This document shows, piece after piece, positions 21,301 through 30,828 of a DNA stretch of 64,000 bases. The notes below the pieces were generated by a model, which worked only from the letters and a program-made list of their open reading frames with translations, had not been told where the DNA came from and did no database searches. The position numbers and the translations under genes are program-made. Source of the stretch: Methanomassiliicoccaceae archaeon (lineage in GTDB: Archaea > Thermoplasmatota > Thermoplasmata > Methanomassiliicoccales > Methanomassiliicoccaceae); the NCBI GenBank assembly GCA_963728405.1, contig CAVSJV010000017.1, positions 64,001 to 128,000 of the forward strand, given 5' to 3'. The first letter of the stretch is position 1. Every line of letters begins with the position of its first letter.

Positions 21301-22120
21301 TCAGACCCCTATCCAGACATTACCCAGTATCCTCTTGATGGCCGCTATGGCCGATAGTGCGGCCAGGTAGCTGGTCGATGGGGTCATGGGCGACGGGACG
21401 TTCTGGGTCTCGCACCTCAGCTCACCGAAGTCCCCCTTGACCTCGAGCGTGTGAGAGTTCTTCTCCGCGGTCGGATCGCAGATGATGGTGACCCGGGTGC
21501 GGTCGAAGCCGACGCCCAGTAAGGACAGGGTGGCGGCCACGTTGAGGTTCTTGGGGAACTGATTGGAGGCGTCGCGGGCATTTCCCTCGAACACCACGGT
21601 CGGTTCCCGCAACGAGTCTACGTCGATGTTCCTCATTTTCAGGCCCGGCGCCCCCCTAAGCCCCTTCGGCCCCTTCCGAGTGATCAGGTGGACCTCGCTG
21701 ATGCCGGCCGCCGCGGCGGAGTGCAGCCCGTCCGTACCGCAGATGGCGCCCGACGGGACGTATAATCTGGACCGGTGCTTCTTGGCCAGAGTGAAGCAGC
21801 GCTCTCTGAACTGTGTCATCGGCGAACACCCCTACGCTCATGACCATGACGTCCACGCCGTTCTCCAGGACGAACGGGATGTACTTGCGGGCGGCCTCCT
21901 GACTGGCCGCCTCCACCGCCAGGTCCACCTCGCCCAGAACGCGGGACAGGTTGCCATTGACATTATCGACGTACTCGGCCTTCTCCAGGCTCTCGATCAG
22001 GTGGACGGCATAGTCCTTGCTCTGGTCCGTGACGTAGATGCGGTCGACCTCTGGCATGTCATGCACTGCCTTGGCCAAGACCGACCCGATTGACCCGCAC
22101 CCGATGATGAGTATGCGCAC
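21301..22120 (-). CDS. nadX: L-aspartate dehydrogenase (frameshift ~21815)
   Basis: IIGCGSIG, VEAAS, PSGAICG.D, FP.NLNVAA, TSYLAALS. Confidence 0.93.
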
Positions 22121-22197
22121 GACAGGTCGATTGGTGGACCTAGATATGAATTTGTCCCATTGCCGACCAACCCTTTTATCTCGGAACGAGCAATCCG

Positions 22198-22608
22198 ATG
22201 CTGATGAGGTACGAGAACCTCGAGCATACCGCGGATGTCATGATCAAGGCGCACGGCTCGACCCTGAAGGAGTGCTTCGAGAACGCCGCCTACGGGATGG
22301 TCGACCAGATCGTGGACGCCTCCACGATCGTGCCGAGGCAGGAAGAGTCCTTCTCGGTCGAGGCCGAGATACTGGAGGACCTCCTCTACAACTTCCTGTC
22401 CGAGGTGCTGTTCATCTTCGACGCCCGGCACCTGGTCCTGGTCGAGTTCGACGTGGACATCCAGCCAGGGAAGCTCAACTGCCGCGCCCGGGGGGAGAGG
22501 TTCGACCGCGAAAGGCATGGGCCCAAACAAGAGATAAAGGCGGTGACCTATCATATGCTGCAGGTGAACGAGCAGGAGCCGTCGATTACGGTCCTTTTCG
22601 ACGTGTAA
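22198..22608 (+). CDS. Archease
   Basis: EHTADV, F.NAA, EIKAVTYH, C-terminal LFDV. Confidence 0.95.
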   Translation: MLMRYENLEHTADVMIKAHGSTLKECFENAAYGMVDQIVDASTIVPRQEESFSVEAEILEDLLYNFLSEVLFIFDARHLVLVEFDVDIQPGKLNCRARGERFDRERHGPKQEIKAVTYHMLQVNEQEPSITVLFDV

Positions 22609-22641
22609 ACTGACCCCCCACCAAAGTGGGGGGTCTTCGCT

Positions 22642-23755
22642 CTACCTTTGCAGGGAGCATTCGGCTGGTTTACTGTTCAGCCTCTGCAAGGCAGATATAC
22701 CGCGATGCAGGATGTTGCGAGAGGCGTTCAGATCAGCGTTCAGGGAGAAGCCGCATTTCAGGCATACAAAGCTGGAGCCGTGCCTGTTGGCCTTCTCCGT
22801 GTGCCCGCAGCAGGAGCACTCCTGACTGGTGTGCTTGGGATCCACTTCCAATACTGTCTTGCCAGCGGCTTCGGCCTTGTATGTCAGGAAGTACTCGAAT
22901 TGGTGGAATGACCAGGAGCCGATGCTCTTCCGCTGTTTCTTGCTGCCTTTGCCCTTTTCCCCAGTGCGCTTCCGGATCCTAGTCAGGTCTTCAAGAACGA
23001 ACGCTGTAAACTCGCTTTCGACCAGCCTCTTGGAGAGGCAGTGGTTCACGTCAGTTCACGAACCGTCGCTCCTTTCCGCTAACCGCGTAGTATTTGCGCT
23101 TGGCGGACCTAGTGCCTTTGGACTGGAGTTCGGATTTTATGTGCTGGTATCTACCCTTTACGGCCCGAAGGTGCTTCGAGTTGTAGAACTTGTTGTCGCT
23201 GGTGACCAGGATGTTCTTGACGCCTCGGTCGCCACCGAGCATCTCGTCCTCGGTGAAGGGGAGCTTCGGCGGGGCGGGCTTCTCCATCACTGCATGGAGG
23301 TACATTCGGTCGCCCTTCTTGACCACGAGCATCGCCGCCTTGCAAGTCCATCCGTCCTTGCACCAAGCGGGGAGGCGGACCTCGATGTTCCGCCTGCCAT
23401 CGATGCTCGCCAGGGAGCCCCTCCCGGTCAGGACGTTCAGCTTGAAGCACCTGGCGTCGTAGCGCAACGCCCGGTTCTTCCCCGGCGTCACGAGCTTGTT
23501 GTCCTCACCGTTGCTCCTGGCCGACCTCCTGGCCTCTGCAACCGTGCCCCCGATGTTCAAGGTCAGCTGCGAGGGATATTCGGGGAACGCCTCACGCGCC
23601 TTGGCATACGCCAGCCGATGCAGTTCGAGCTTGCCGTAGCAGTCGGCGTCGTATCCCACCTTCGCGTAGAACGAGAATATGTCGCACCCGATGCGGACGG
23701 TTTCGAGCAGCGCCACATCGAAACCAATGGGGCACCTGACCGTTCGCATCATCAT
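22642..23755 (-). CDS. tnpB: RNA-guided endonuclease TnpB (one +1 frameshift at ~23054)
   Basis: RuvC-I GGDRG, RuvC-II VLEDL, Zn finger CSCCG..CLKCG, RuvC-III NADLNASRNI. Confidence 0.92.
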
Positions 23756-23802
23756 TCAGAAGCATGCCTTAAATCAATAAAGCACTCACCCATACAATTA
23801 AT

Positions 23803-24016
23803 CTGATAGACGTCCCAATATGGTCGCCGGCGGCCGTGGTCGAGATACTCAAGGAAACGTCGGCCAGGATGCCGTGCCTTCGGCATCCGTAACGGAAGGA
23901 CGCTCTGAAGGGAACATCTATGATCATAATTGAATTACATTGGAACGGCTGGCACGGTCAGCGCAGAGAGCATACGGGCCCATGTGGAAGCTCAGATATC
24001 GAAGACAAAGGGATGA
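23803..24016 (+). pseudogene. tnpA: Decayed Y1 transposase remnant
   Basis: SPAAVVEILKETSAR..HP*..HL*S*LNYIGTAGTVSAESIRAHVEAQ matches the IS200 TnpA C-terminus, with stop codons and the catalytic Tyr position read as His. Confidence 0.8.
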
Positions 24017-24098
24017 GGTTCGACGTACCTGTTACGTCGACTAGGAGGGGCGCATTCCTCACCCGACTAAGGTCGGGGGTTTCCCGCGCAAACGAAAT

Positions 24099-25064
24099 AT
24101 GAATACCAAGGCTTCCGCCATCGCGTATCCCATCCAGGGATTGATCAAGTACCACGGGCTGAGGGACGAGAAGCTCCGCCTGCCGTTCCACGACTCCATC
24201 TCCGTGTGCACCGCGCCGATCCATACCCGCACCACCGTCGAGTTCGGCTACGAGCGCGATTCGGCGATGATCGACGGTAAGGATGTCAGCGAGCGGGACA
24301 TGGAACGGATCCATGATGTGGTCGACCCCCTGCGCCAGGAGGCCGGAGCGCGTTCGGGCCTGCGCATGGAGTCCAGGAGCGACTTTCAATCCAACATAGG
24401 GCTGGGCGCATCGGCCTCGGGCTTTGCCGCCCTGGCGGTGGCCGCGGCCGGCGCGCTGGGGCTGGAGATGTCGCTTGAGGAGATCTCCCGCTTCGCCCGC
24501 CGGGGCGCGGGTTCGGCCGCGCGGGCGGTGACCGGAGGCTTCTCGCGCTGGTACGCCGGCACGGGGGATGAGGATTCCATCTCTCGCTCCATCCCTTACC
24601 CCGAGAGCTTGGACCTGGCCATCCTGGTCGCGCTGGTCCCGGCCCACAAGTACACGGACGCAGCGCACAAGGACGTCGTGAGCTCGCCGTTCTTCAAGGC
24701 CCGGCTGGAATACGTGCCCACGGTGGTGGACCGGATGGAGAAGGCCATCCGGCAAGGAGATGCCAAAGAGATCGCCCGGCTGGCCGAGGTCGATACGCTG
24801 CTGCTGCACGGCATCACCATGACCGGAGCGGACGAGATGATCCTGTGGCGGCCAGACACCGTCAAGGTGATCCTGGAGGTCCAGGCCATGCGGCGGGACG
24901 GCATCCAGTGCTACTTCTCCATCGATACGGGGGCCACCGTGTACATCAACACCGACCGCGACAGCCTGCTAGTGGTACGGAAGCGCATCGAAGGCTTGGG
25001 CATTACTACCTTGACCTGCTCCGTAGGGGGAGCGGCCAGGCTGGTACCTGATCACCTATTCTAG
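24099..25064 (+). CDS. mvaD: Phospho-/diphosphomevalonate decarboxylase family protein
   Basis: AYPIQGLIKYHG, GLGASASGFAA, ARRGAGSAAR, SIDTG (catalytic Asp retained). Confidence 0.85.
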   Translation: MNTKASAIAYPIQGLIKYHGLRDEKLRLPFHDSISVCTAPIHTRTTVEFGYERDSAMIDGKDVSERDMERIHDVVDPLRQEAGARSGLRMESRSDFQSNIGLGASASGFAALAVAAAGALGLEMSLEEISRFARRGAGSAARAVTGGFSRWYAGTGDEDSISRSIPYPESLDLAILVALVPAHKYTDAAHKDVVSSPFFKARLEYVPTVVDRMEKAIRQGDAKEIARLAEVDTLLLHGITMTGADEMILWRPDTVKVILEVQAMRRDGIQCYFSIDTGATVYINTDRDSLLVVRKRIEGLGITTLTCSVGGAARLVPDHLF

Positions 25065-25466
25065 TAATTTCATCGTACTCTTCTCGACGTTACCCTCGGG
25101 ATCGTAGACATGGATAGCTGGCCGTTGAGTGGTCACATACCCTTCATCGCGTACATGTTCCCGAAGGGCATCGAGCCTCACCAAGAGGTTATTCTCATGT
25201 TCGAAGGAAAGTCGGGGTATGACTATGCCCAGATACAGGTCGTCACGGAGGAACCGCAGATATTCCTTATCGGCCGCAGGATGGTTCAGGGACAGTTCGG
25301 TCTCGATGAACTCCACTCCCGACGGGGTGCCGTCTTTGGTCAGGTGTATCACCACCCTATTCTGGTAGGGCTGTGCCTCGATCTCCGCCTTGGTACCTTT
25401 CTGCTCTCTCTCGATCTCCCTGGCCCGACGGGAGGCTACCATTACGAGGAGGTCTTGCTGCATCAT
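25056..25466 (-). CDS. Hypothetical protein
   Basis: 136-aa ORF convergent with mvaD; no motif recognised. Confidence 0.55.
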   Translation of the reverse strand: MMQQDLLVMVASRRAREIEREQKGTKAEIEAQPYQNRVVIHLTKDGTPSGVEFIETELSLNHPAADKEYLRFLRDDLYLGIVIPRLSFEHENNLLVRLDALREHVRDEGYVTTQRPAIHVYDPEGNVEKSTMKLLE

Positions 25467-25631
25467 CGTGATGAACTAGTGTTTCACCGGGTCATGTGCT
25501 TTTGCCCATTCCGGAGGATACCGATGTAGGAGGGAGATGGGCAGCAATCAGGGTGGAGTACGGTCATTTGATCTTACTGATTGGCCGCCCAGCATCAAAC
25601 TTTATTAGGTGCTTCGCTTTAAGTGACCACG

Positions 25632-26594
25632 ATGGACGTCGTTGGGGTCGGTGCGCTGAATGTGGATATGTTCTACGAGGTCCCTTCCCTGACCATCGGC
25701 GGAAAGGCCTTCGAGCCAGGAGGAGAGGTGTTCGGCGATGAAGCCGCATTCTCGCAGGTCACCGCCGAGCTGGCCAAGAAGGCGAAGCTGGTCGGCAAGA
25801 GCGGCGGGGGTTCCGCAGCCAATACTGTCGTCGCCCTCTCCCGCATGGGCTATTCCACGAGCTTTCTGGGCGTGGTGGGCAAGGATGATGATGGAAAGTA
25901 CCTGCTCCGTTCCATGGAGGGCGTAGAGGTATCGCACGTCAAGAAATACAAGAAGTCCGGCATGTGCATCTCCATGCTAAAGCAGGGCGAACGGTCATTG
26001 CTCGGCCTCCCCAACGCTAACGATTACTTCTCGTTCAACGAGGACGACCTGGGTCTCCTCAACTCATCGAAGTTCGTCCATCTCAGCTCCTTCGCTGCCG
26101 ATAGCGCGCTGATGATGCAGAAGCAGCTGGTGAACCTCCTTGATGATGGAGTGTACATCTCCTTCGCACCCGGCGAGAGATACGCCCGGCGGGGGCTCAA
26201 GCAGATAACCGACCTGATCGAACGGTCCCGCATCCTGTTCGTCAACGAACGGGAGATCGAGATGCTTACCGGCAGCGGGCCGAAGGAGGGCAGCAAGAGC
26301 CTGCTCGAGCTCGGTCCGGCGGTGGTCGTGTGCACCCAGGGAGAGAGAGGGTCGCTCATCACCACCCGCAATGTGGAGCTGGACATCCCGGCCAAAAGGT
26401 CCATCGCGGTGGACACCACCGGCGCGGGGGACGTCTACGCGGCCGGGTTCTTGGCGGGCTTCATTGACGGCGCCAATCTGGAAATGTGCGGGGAGATCGG
26501 TTCGGCCGCGGCGGCCCTGAGCATCGCGTCGTACGGAAGGGGCAGCTATCCGGACGAGCGGTTCCTGAGGAAGTACGCGAGGGAGCTGAGCTAG
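25632..26594 (+). CDS. PfkB family carbohydrate/nucleoside kinase
   Basis: GGSAAN, NERE, DTTGAGDVYAAGF. Confidence 0.93.
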   Translation: MDVVGVGALNVDMFYEVPSLTIGGKAFEPGGEVFGDEAAFSQVTAELAKKAKLVGKSGGGSAANTVVALSRMGYSTSFLGVVGKDDDGKYLLRSMEGVEVSHVKKYKKSGMCISMLKQGERSLLGLPNANDYFSFNEDDLGLLNSSKFVHLSSFAADSALMMQKQLVNLLDDGVYISFAPGERYARRGLKQITDLIERSRILFVNEREIEMLTGSGPKEGSKSLLELGPAVVVCTQGERGSLITTRNVELDIPAKRSIAVDTTGAGDVYAAGFLAGFIDGANLEMCGEIGSAAAALSIASYGRGSYPDERFLRKYARELS

Positions 26595-26833
26595 GATGCT
26601 AGGGCAGGGATGGTCCTCCACCGGGCGCGACCACGCGGCCAGGGGGCTTCCGCCCATGACCGCACGAAAGGGCAAGCCGCGCCTGGCCTATGCTGAAGAT
26701 CCATTGGCGGAAGGAAAGTTTCATTTAAAAGGTGAGTGTCTCTACGAGGGCGACATGAGGCTCGACCGTCTTTGTGACATGACCAGGGTCGTCGACGGAG
26801 CGCTGCGGGGCGGAGAGTTCAGGGAGGCTTGGA

Positions 26834-27956
26834 ATGGACTTTGACGGGCTCGAGGAGACCCTGGCCGGGGGATGGAGGCAGTTCATCAGCGACGGCGAGG
26901 GGCCGATCACCAAGAACGATAATGCCTTCGAGCTGTGCAGCGACCTCATCGAGAACGGCGGCGAGTTCTTCAAGATCGTCAGCAAGTACGATGACATCCT
27001 GTCCGATGTGCTGCAGCGGCCGAACTACAAGGCCGGGGACACCCTGAAGCTGGTGCTGCCCTTCCTGAAGGCCCACGGTGCCACCGACTCCAACATGCTG
27101 GAGTTCTCCCGCAAGAACATCCTGACCGTTCCGGGGGCGCGAAAGACGATGCGCTTCGTCCAGGAGTTCATGACCCCGTTCATCGTCGCTACTTCCTACG
27201 AGCACTACATCAGCGCGGTTTGCGACGCCATCGGGTTCCCCATGGAGAACGCCTATTGCACTGCCCTGGACATGGACTCCATCAAGATGGAGCCCTGGGA
27301 GGGGGACCTGCTGAAGCGCTACGCCCAGGAGATCTCCCGCATGGAGAAGCTGGAGATCCCCGAAGGAGGCCAAGACGATCGATGATTTCAGCGCCTCGGA
27401 CAAAGAGACCATCCGTCGCCTGGACGAGATATTCTGGGAGGAGCTTACCGACCTATCGGCGTACCAGCTCATCCTGGAAGTGAACCCGGTAGGGGGCGAG
27501 GAGAAGGCATCGGCGGTGCTGGACATCAGGAGAAGGACCGGGATCGGCCTGGAGGACACGCTCTACATCGGGGATTCCATCACCGACGTCCAGGCGTTCC
27601 AGCTGGTGCGCGAAGGAAGCGGCCTCACCATCTCATTCAACGGCAACGAGTATGCACTAAGAGAGGCAGAGTTCGCCATCATCTCCGACAACACGGTCAT
27701 CACCTCGGTCCTGGCGGAAGCATTCCACAAGGCCGGGATAGAGGGCATCAATACCCTAGTGGAGGACTGGAACATGGAGACCGTCCGCTCCTCTGGGATG
27801 GTCAATGAGTACCTGATGAGGGAGTTCGAGAAAGTGTTCCCGGATAAGTTGCCCACGGTGGCCAAGATCACCCCGCAGAACATCAAATCCCTCACCCGTC
27901 AGAGCCTGGCCTTCAGACGCTCGGTACGAGGAGAGACCATCGGCGCTCTCGGCTGA
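26834..27956 (+). CDS. HAD-superfamily hydrolase, EhaR-like (frameshift ~27370)
   Basis: DGEGPITKNDNAFEL, TSYEHY, GGEEK, YIGDSITD, SFNGNEYA. Confidence 0.78.
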
Positions 27957-28343
27957 TCACTGCGCTTCTTCGACGGCCTTACCCATCATCTCGGCGAACT
28001 TCTTCCACTCTTCTTCCTTTATGTTCGGGAAATCGAAACGCGCGCAGCTCTCGCACTTGGCCAGTTCCCGTTGGACGGCGTCATCGAGCACGATGCTGAC
28101 CCTGGGCGTCATTTCCGCCTTATTCAGTATGAGGTCGGCGCACTTGTTGCGGCAGCCGTTGACGGCGACCATATGCTGGGGGTCCCCTCCGCTCATCTGT
28201 ATGAGGATCGGCGACACCGCTACGGTGCAGGCGCTGAACTGGAGGATGCGATCGAAGTACTTCTTGGCGAACTCCTCCACCGCCCGCTCGATGATCATGG
28301 CCCGCTCGGCGTTCGCTCCGCAGACGACGACTAACACCCTCAC
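27957..28343 (-). CDS. DGC-domain (putative Zn-binding) protein
   Basis: VVCG..., AC, VAVNGCRNKCA plus C-terminal CESC. Confidence 0.7.
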   Translation of the reverse strand: MRVLVVVCGANAERAMIIERAVEEFAKKYFDRILQFSACTVAVSPILIQMSGGDPQHMVAVNGCRNKCADLILNKAEMTPRVSIVLDDAVQRELAKCESCARFDFPNIKEEEWKKFAEMMGKAVEEAQ

Positions 28344-28684
28344 GCTCCCATCTCCATCAGGGTGGCGAGGATCTTCGTCTCGGTGGCGACGATATCCTTC
28401 TCGGTGACCGCGATGACCTTGTCGACGACCAGGGTCTTGGCGGGCATGATGCCGTAGAGCAACAGGGCCTGCATGCCGCAGCAGCCCTCGCAGCCCTCCA
28501 CCGCCACCGTCCGCTGGGGATCGAGGGCCTTGAGCTCGTCGGCGAACTTGTTCAGCCCCGCCCCCGCTGGGCAGGGGGTGATGACCCGGATGTCCTTCTT
28601 CTCCGCCACGCGACGAAGCGCTTTCCGCACCATGCGGGCCGAGGGCGAGAAGCCAGCGCACATCACCACGTTGATGGCGGTCAT
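28340..28684 (-). CDS. DGC-domain (putative Zn-binding) protein
   Basis: MCAG, PCPA, VAVEGCEGCC. Confidence 0.72.
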   Translation of the reverse strand: MTAINVVMCAGFSPSARMVRKALRRVAEKKDIRVITPCPAGAGLNKFADELKALDPQRTVAVEGCEGCCGMQALLLYGIMPAKTLVVDKVIAVTEKDIVATETKILATLMEMGA

Positions 28685-30714
28685 CTCTTGCCCTCGAAGA
28701 ACAGGCGAGGTTTCCCCACACCGGTGATGGTGATGTTGACCTCCAGCAGGATGTTGCTGCCCCAGCCCTTGTCCAGGCGCGCTTCCTTCCTGTTGTTATC
28801 GATCAGCACCTCGACGGTGTCCGCGCCGGAGGCCAACGCTCTCACTTTGACCAATCGACTGCCCTCCTCGCGGGCATAGGTGATCGCTTCATCGAGGTTC
28901 TCGAAGTCCTTCTTCTCCTGCATCCAATACAGGGTGCAGGGCGGGTTCTCCATCGCCCCCAGGCCCTTCTTGGGCTTGATGAGCATCTCGACGGACTCCA
29001 TGACGTTGCCGGAGATCGCTCCCGCGGCGTTACCTATCTCGGAATGTAGCGGCAGCTCCAGGCCAGTGTGGAAGCGTTCGGCCACCCCCGGCAGGTACGC
29101 GCCCACCGGGGCACCTATGCCGATGATGGGCTTGTTAAGAATGAGCTGACAAGCGAAGTCCCGGCGTCCTGTGCTACGGATCATGTTGCTGACCAGAGAC
29201 GTCGCCACCTCGTCCAACTTGGCCTCGCCGACCTCCTCGTAGATAAGCTTCTTGAAGACCTCGGTGGAGATCTTCTCGATGACCGCCGTCTTCACCGTAC
29301 TGATGAACTCCGGGGCCGGGATCTCCAGATTGGCCGCTTGGATCTCCACGCCGATCTTGGATGCCTCGGCGTCATACTCAATGTAGGAGCCTTCGGCGTG
29401 CAGCATGTCCGTGGGAGTGAGGCCAATGCGCAGGATCATGCCCAGCGCCTCCATCTTCCTCAGGTTGAGGGAGAGCGGATGAACGTTCATCAGCTCGGCG
29501 ATCTCGTACAGGGACCGCGGCTCGGCCTTGAGCAGCTCAAGCATTCTTTCCTGGTCGGGGCCGACATCGGGGCCGGACACCTTCTTACAGAACACATAGA
29601 ACTCGGTTACCTGAGGTATGGCGTCGAGATCCATGTATGACGGGACCCATTTGTCCTTAGCGCCCCGCAATGCCTCCAGCTTCGGCCGAAGCGTCGGGTA
29701 GGTGGAGGATGCGATGCATAACGGTATCACCCTCAGCGGACTGAGATGGATCTTGCCGGCTGCCACGACCACACGGGAGTCGCCACCGATACCGGAGGTG
29801 AACACGTCCACCGCCTTGACCCGGGTACGCCAGCCGCCCAGCACCGCTCCCTCGGGATCGAGGCGCGGACGGCCGTTCCTCAGGATGCCGATGTCGGTGG
29901 TTGTGCCGCCTACGTCGACGATGACCGCGTCGGGCAGCTTGGTCAGGGCCTTGGCACCGATGATCGACGCCGCGGGGCCGGAGAGGATGGTCTCCACTGG
30001 CCGTTCCTTGGCGACCGCCTCGTCCATGAGCGAGCCGTCCCCTTTTACGATCATCAGGGGCGCCTGGATGTTCAACTTGTCCTGCACCCTCTTGATCGAG
30101 GCGATGAGGTCGGCGATGATAGGGATGAGCCGCGCGTTCAGCACCGCGGTGATCGTCCTCTCGTGGAAACCGAGCGCTGACGAGAGGTCGTGACCGCATA
30201 CCACCGGATAGGGGGTCAGGGATTGCACCATCTTTTTCACGGCGACCTCGTGCTCGGGGTTCCTGACGCTCAGGTAGCCGGAGATGGCGAAGGCGTCGAC
30301 CTTGTCCTTCACCCGGAGCACGAACTCCGTGGCCGCTTCCATGTCCAGGTCGGAGCGCTTCTCCCCCTGGAGGTTGTGGCCGCCCTTGACCTGTTGAAGC
30401 TCGTCGACCGGGATATTGGCCACCGCGTCGTGGCCTATTACGATAAGCCCGACCCGGCAGCCCTTCCCCTCGACCACTGAATTGGTGGCCAAGGTGGACG
30501 AGACCGCCAGCAGACGTATGTTTTCGAATAGGGAGTGGTCCAGCCTGTCGATGGCATTCCCTATGCCCAGCGCCAGGTCGTTGCGTGTGGTGAGCGCCTT
30601 GGCCTTGCTCAGCACGCTGCCATCGTCCATCCTCAGGACCACCGCGTCGGTGTACGTCCCTCCGGTATCAATTCCCAGCCCTAGGTTCGACGCTCCGTTC
30701 TTGCCTGCTTCCAT
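28681..30714 (-). CDS. Hydantoinase/oxoprolinase A-type (ASKHA) ATPase protein
   Basis: GIDTGGTYTD, STLATN, LSGPAAS, DVGGTTTDIG, GGDS, LTPTD. Confidence 0.9.
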   Translation of the reverse strand: MEAGKNGASNLGLGIDTGGTYTDAVVLRMDDGSVLSKAKALTTRNDLALGIGNAIDRLDHSLFENIRLLAVSSTLATNSVVEGKGCRVGLIVIGHDAVANIPVDELQQVKGGHNLQGEKRSDLDMEAATEFVLRVKDKVDAFAISGYLSVRNPEHEVAVKKMVQSLTPYPVVCGHDLSSALGFHERTITAVLNARLIPIIADLIASIKRVQDKLNIQAPLMIVKGDGSLMDEAVAKERPVETILSGPAASIIGAKALTKLPDAVIVDVGGTTTDIGILRNGRPRLDPEGAVLGGWRTRVKAVDVFTSGIGGDSRVVVAAGKIHLSPLRVIPLCIASSTYPTLRPKLEALRGAKDKWVPSYMDLDAIPQVTEFYVFCKKVSGPDVGPDQERMLELLKAEPRSLYEIAELMNVHPLSLNLRKMEALGMILRIGLTPTDMLHAEGSYIEYDAEASKIGVEIQAANLEIPAPEFISTVKTAVIEKISTEVFKKLIYEEVGEAKLDEVATSLVSNMIRSTGRRDFACQLILNKPIIGIGAPVGAYLPGVAERFHTGLELPLHSEIGNAAGAISGNVMESVEMLIKPKKGLGAMENPPCTLYWMQEKKDFENLDEAITYAREEGSRLVKVRALASGADTVEVLIDNNRKEARLDKGWGSNILLEVNITITGVGKPRLFFEGKR

Positions 30715-30828
30715 GGTAATACTTCCTCGATGGGTTCGCTCTGTACGGTTGAACTTTGTGGTTTGCTATCGTTGGGTCTGAGCGGCCCAGCGGGTTCCAG
30801 ATCGAGCACCCGTTGGTCACTCCGGTAA

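Larger units (their letters stand above)
22605..24098 (-). mobile_element. IS200/IS605-family element (IS605 group, divergent tnpA/tnpB)
   Basis: Right-end hairpin GACCCCCCAC-CAAA-GTGGGGGGTC (22612-22635) ending TTTAC on the minus strand; left-end hairpin 24062-24077; contains tnpB and a tnpA remnant; removing it restores an ATGA gene overlap. Confidence 0.88.

Noticed and set aside
23761-23810. Alternative IS left end at 23802 (joining also gives a GTC TGA archease stop)
   Set aside because: There is no subterminal hairpin there. The tnpA remnant and a proper left-end hairpin with a matching guide tetranucleotide lie further out, at 23803-24098.
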